Assembly: GCF_002571385.2 (NCBI RefSeq)
Contig: NW_019217793.1
Location: forward strand, 947,984 to 1,011,983
DNA: 64,000 nt
Direction of reading: 5' to 3'
From: Stylophora pistillata
Lineage: Eukaryota
Numbering within the stretch: the first letter of the stretch is position 1; each line of letters opens with the position of its first letter. Shown in pieces: positions 61,301 through 64,000 of the stretch. The notes beneath the pieces are model-generated. The model was not told the DNA's origin and made no database searches. It saw nothing but the letters and a program-made list of their open reading frames with translations. A program made the position numbers and the translations under genes.

Positions 61301-63882
61301 TCCTTACACTAATCCCATTAAAATCAACGTGGAGGTTCTGGGAATAAAGGAAATGATGCCGACGAAATTGTTGAAAACTTATTTTCGTCTGTGCTTTTGG
61401 AAATGTTCGGAGAACAGTAGAGATAATGTACTTACTTCTGTTGTTTATTTGGGTGTTTGAAGTGCTGCAGCAATCTATCGTTGCAATTCTCCTTAACACT
61501 AAAATCTTCCTTTTAATCATCCCGGAAAAGCTTCTTCATTTTTTTTATAATCTTCTGAGGCAAATTTCATCCGTTACCACTTCAAACCCGTCCGTTGTCA
61601 CCTCTAATATTTTCGTCATTGGTGGTTAAAGCCACGCAATTTGCTCTCTCTTAATTTTTATTTGCTTTCAATCAATTTTCTTCAATTCTCGTCAAGTTCC
61701 GTTTCGATGTTTTGATTTTCTCCTGAGCGTTGCGTGTATTGACAAGTCGTTAATTTGCGTTGAGACAAGCGAGGAATGTTTACAAAGCAACTCCCCAGTT
61801 TCCCTAATTAGGAAATCTGAACACATACGAATTTCCGTATTTTGCCTTATTTGTTGGGCAAGGGATGTGGTAAAATTTTCGTCATTATCGAATCAAGACT
61901 TAAAGAAAAACAATAATAAATTGATCTTCGAGAAACATTTCATATGAAATTTCGTGAGCCTGTTGCCATTTGAAGCTCTTTGATTCGGGAAGTGGTGACG
62001 TATTTTTACTTGGAGTCACGTTTCACCTGATAGTTGCTACGTTGGGGTGAAAATAATGACGGAGAACCACGTTTGATTAGTTCAATTTCACGTTCTGTTT
62101 TCTTCTCATTCACGATACGCGCGAACATCTGCGTTAACCATGGAAATACACGTTGAATACTGCTAATCGTTTTTAAGAAAGATCCATTCCACGATTTCTT
62201 AGTTGAAGCCACAGTGAAACACACACACAGCTTCTTTAAGAGTTAACCTGTTTCATCCAGGTCTTAAACAAATTCAAAGTATTCGTCGCTCAGCAATCTT
62301 TTATTCAGGCTTGACACAACTTCTCATAGAACTGTTGCGTGACCACACAACGAATGTAGAGGGGAAAAAAGCCATAAAAGATGAACGATAGACCGAGTAA
62401 ATTCATCGTGTCTATCGTTCATCTTTTATGTTCTCAAATTATCATCTGGTTCTGCCTTTTGAAAAAAGCCAACTGTTTGTTTGCACTAGCTGTAGATCAA
62501 TATGATCAACACCCTTTACTTTATGAGGAACTTTAAGATCTTTGCTTACCTACATTAAATCATTTATTGTTTTCATTTTTCAGCATGGGTTCTGTCAATT
62601 GGCCTGGGTATGATGTTCCTCTTCGCGCCAGTGACGTCAGCGTTATGCGAACGCATTGGTTGTCGGGTAGTAGCATTCATTGGTGGTTTGCTTGGAGTGC
62701 TGGGATTTGTGTTATCATCGTTTGTTAACGACATTCCTAAACTTTACTTGACGTTTGGACTCCTGTGGGGGGTTGGTGCAAGCATGAGTTATTTGCCAAC
62801 CCTTCGTTCGCTTCCGTATTGGTTTGAAAGGTTAGTTTTTTAAATTTGTGATGTTTTTTTTTTTTTTCAGCGATGACACATTTTGTGTCTTGAATTTGAA
62901 CTTGATCTATGCTTCGCCAATAATCAACTGAACCTACTTACTTAAGAACATCTAATGCTCCTTAATTAAAGTGTATTGATAATAATGTTTTCGTTCATAT
63001 TTTTGTTTCAGGCGTATAAGTTTGACAAACGGAATCGTTACGGCCGGGAGTGGCGTGGGTACGATTGCTATGGGTCCCATCATGCAGCTCGCAATAAACA
63101 ATCTAGGGTGGGCCAACGCCGCAAGGGTGCTCGGTGGAGTGTTGTGTCTGTGCACCATCGGCTCTCTGCTCTACAGAGTACCCAGTCAAACTGATCTGAA
63201 AGATGAGAAAGCAGAAGAAGCTGACAAGCTCCGTAGACCGCCTATGTTTGACTTTACTGTCTTCAAGAACAAAGCTTTCTTGGTCTGGTGCATTGCTTTG
63301 AGCGCATTTATGATGGGATATTTCGTCCCTTTTGTACACTTGGTAAGTCAAATGTGTAGGAAATGTACTATGCAGGCAATACGGATTTATTCCTTACAAC
63401 AAATTTCATTTTGAATTTCATTTTGCGTACAAGAAGTAAGAAAGATTTCTGCTCATTAGTCAGATTCCAGAATCCAATATTTAACTTTGATTTGTCTTTC
63501 TCATTCGTACAGCCTGCCTACGCTGAAGAATGTGGTATCCCAAACTCGCAGTCTTCCACGCTGGTTGGCATGATGTCGGTTGGCTCGACTTTTGGTCGGC
63601 TCTTCTTCGGAAAACTCGGAGATCACCGAAGAATGAACCGGCTCTACTGCTTCCAGATAGCGATGCTTCTCATCGGGGTTGCCGATACGTTGAGTACGCT
63701 GACGAAAAGTTACGCTGGCCTGGTTGTGTACATGTTATTCTTTGGTGTGTTTGATGGTTGTTTTGTAGTCTTTTTGGCTGTTCTTTGCGCGGATATTGTC
63801 GGTGTGGACAAGGTTGCCGCTGGAATTGGTATTCAGTTCTTCTTCATGGCAATTACGTCTATCGCTGGTCCTCCTTTAGCAG
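58329..63882 (+). CDS. SLC16 / monocarboxylate transporter family MFS protein (MCT10-like); 3' end beyond the window
   Basis: Exons 58329-58533, 62584-62830, 63012-63342 and 63513-63882 (GT-AG, phase-consistent). Motifs VPDGGWGW, CERIGCR, YWFERRISLTNGIVTAGSGVG, GYFVPFVHL, GRLFFGKLGD and IAGPPLAG are typical of SLC16. Confidence 0.9.
62373..62430. repeat. 58-nt hairpin with a perfect 21-bp stem
   Basis: CATAAAAGATGAACGATAGAC - 16-nt loop - GTCTATCGTTCATCTTTTATG. Confidence 0.85.
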
Positions 63883-64000
63883 GTAATGCCATCATCTCAC
63901 TCTTTAGTTATTTTAATTATCCTCCAGTCAAGGGACTCCGTCGGAACCATTAACAGTGTTCCATAAATAGAGCTTACCCTTTGTTGAAGGTAATCGATAC

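Overview
AT-rich, intron-rich animal genomic DNA. Gene content and repeat families suggest a stony coral (inference). From left to right: (1) A tandem pair of minus-strand genes encoding a dynamin-like (degenerate P-loop) domain fused to a TKL-type kinase, a DSTYK-like architecture. One copy runs off the left edge. The other is nearly complete (7 spliced exons, ~917 codons) but has an in-frame TAG inside the kinase domain. (2) A truncated CR1/L2 LINE between the two copies. (3) A ~3.9 kb LTR-retroelement relic in a kinase intron, arranged env-like ORF, extra ORF, PPT, single LTR, PBS-like site, leader, with no gag/pol. (4) ZNHIT1 (minus, 6 exons, last intron a clear U12 AT-AC intron) head-to-head with intronless TSEN15, with only 70 bp between the ATGs. 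(5) A 10-exon, 328-aa gene I cannot name, head-to-head with a >=23-exon CEP63/DEUP1 gene. (6) The 5' part of an SLC16 (MCT) transporter running off the right edge. Introns are full of MITEs, tRNA-derived SINEs, Penelope-type hammerhead remnants and a ~610-bp palindrome. All exon boundaries were read by hand from GT-AG (or AT-AC) signals and checked for phase. Homology calls come from motif recall, not database searches.
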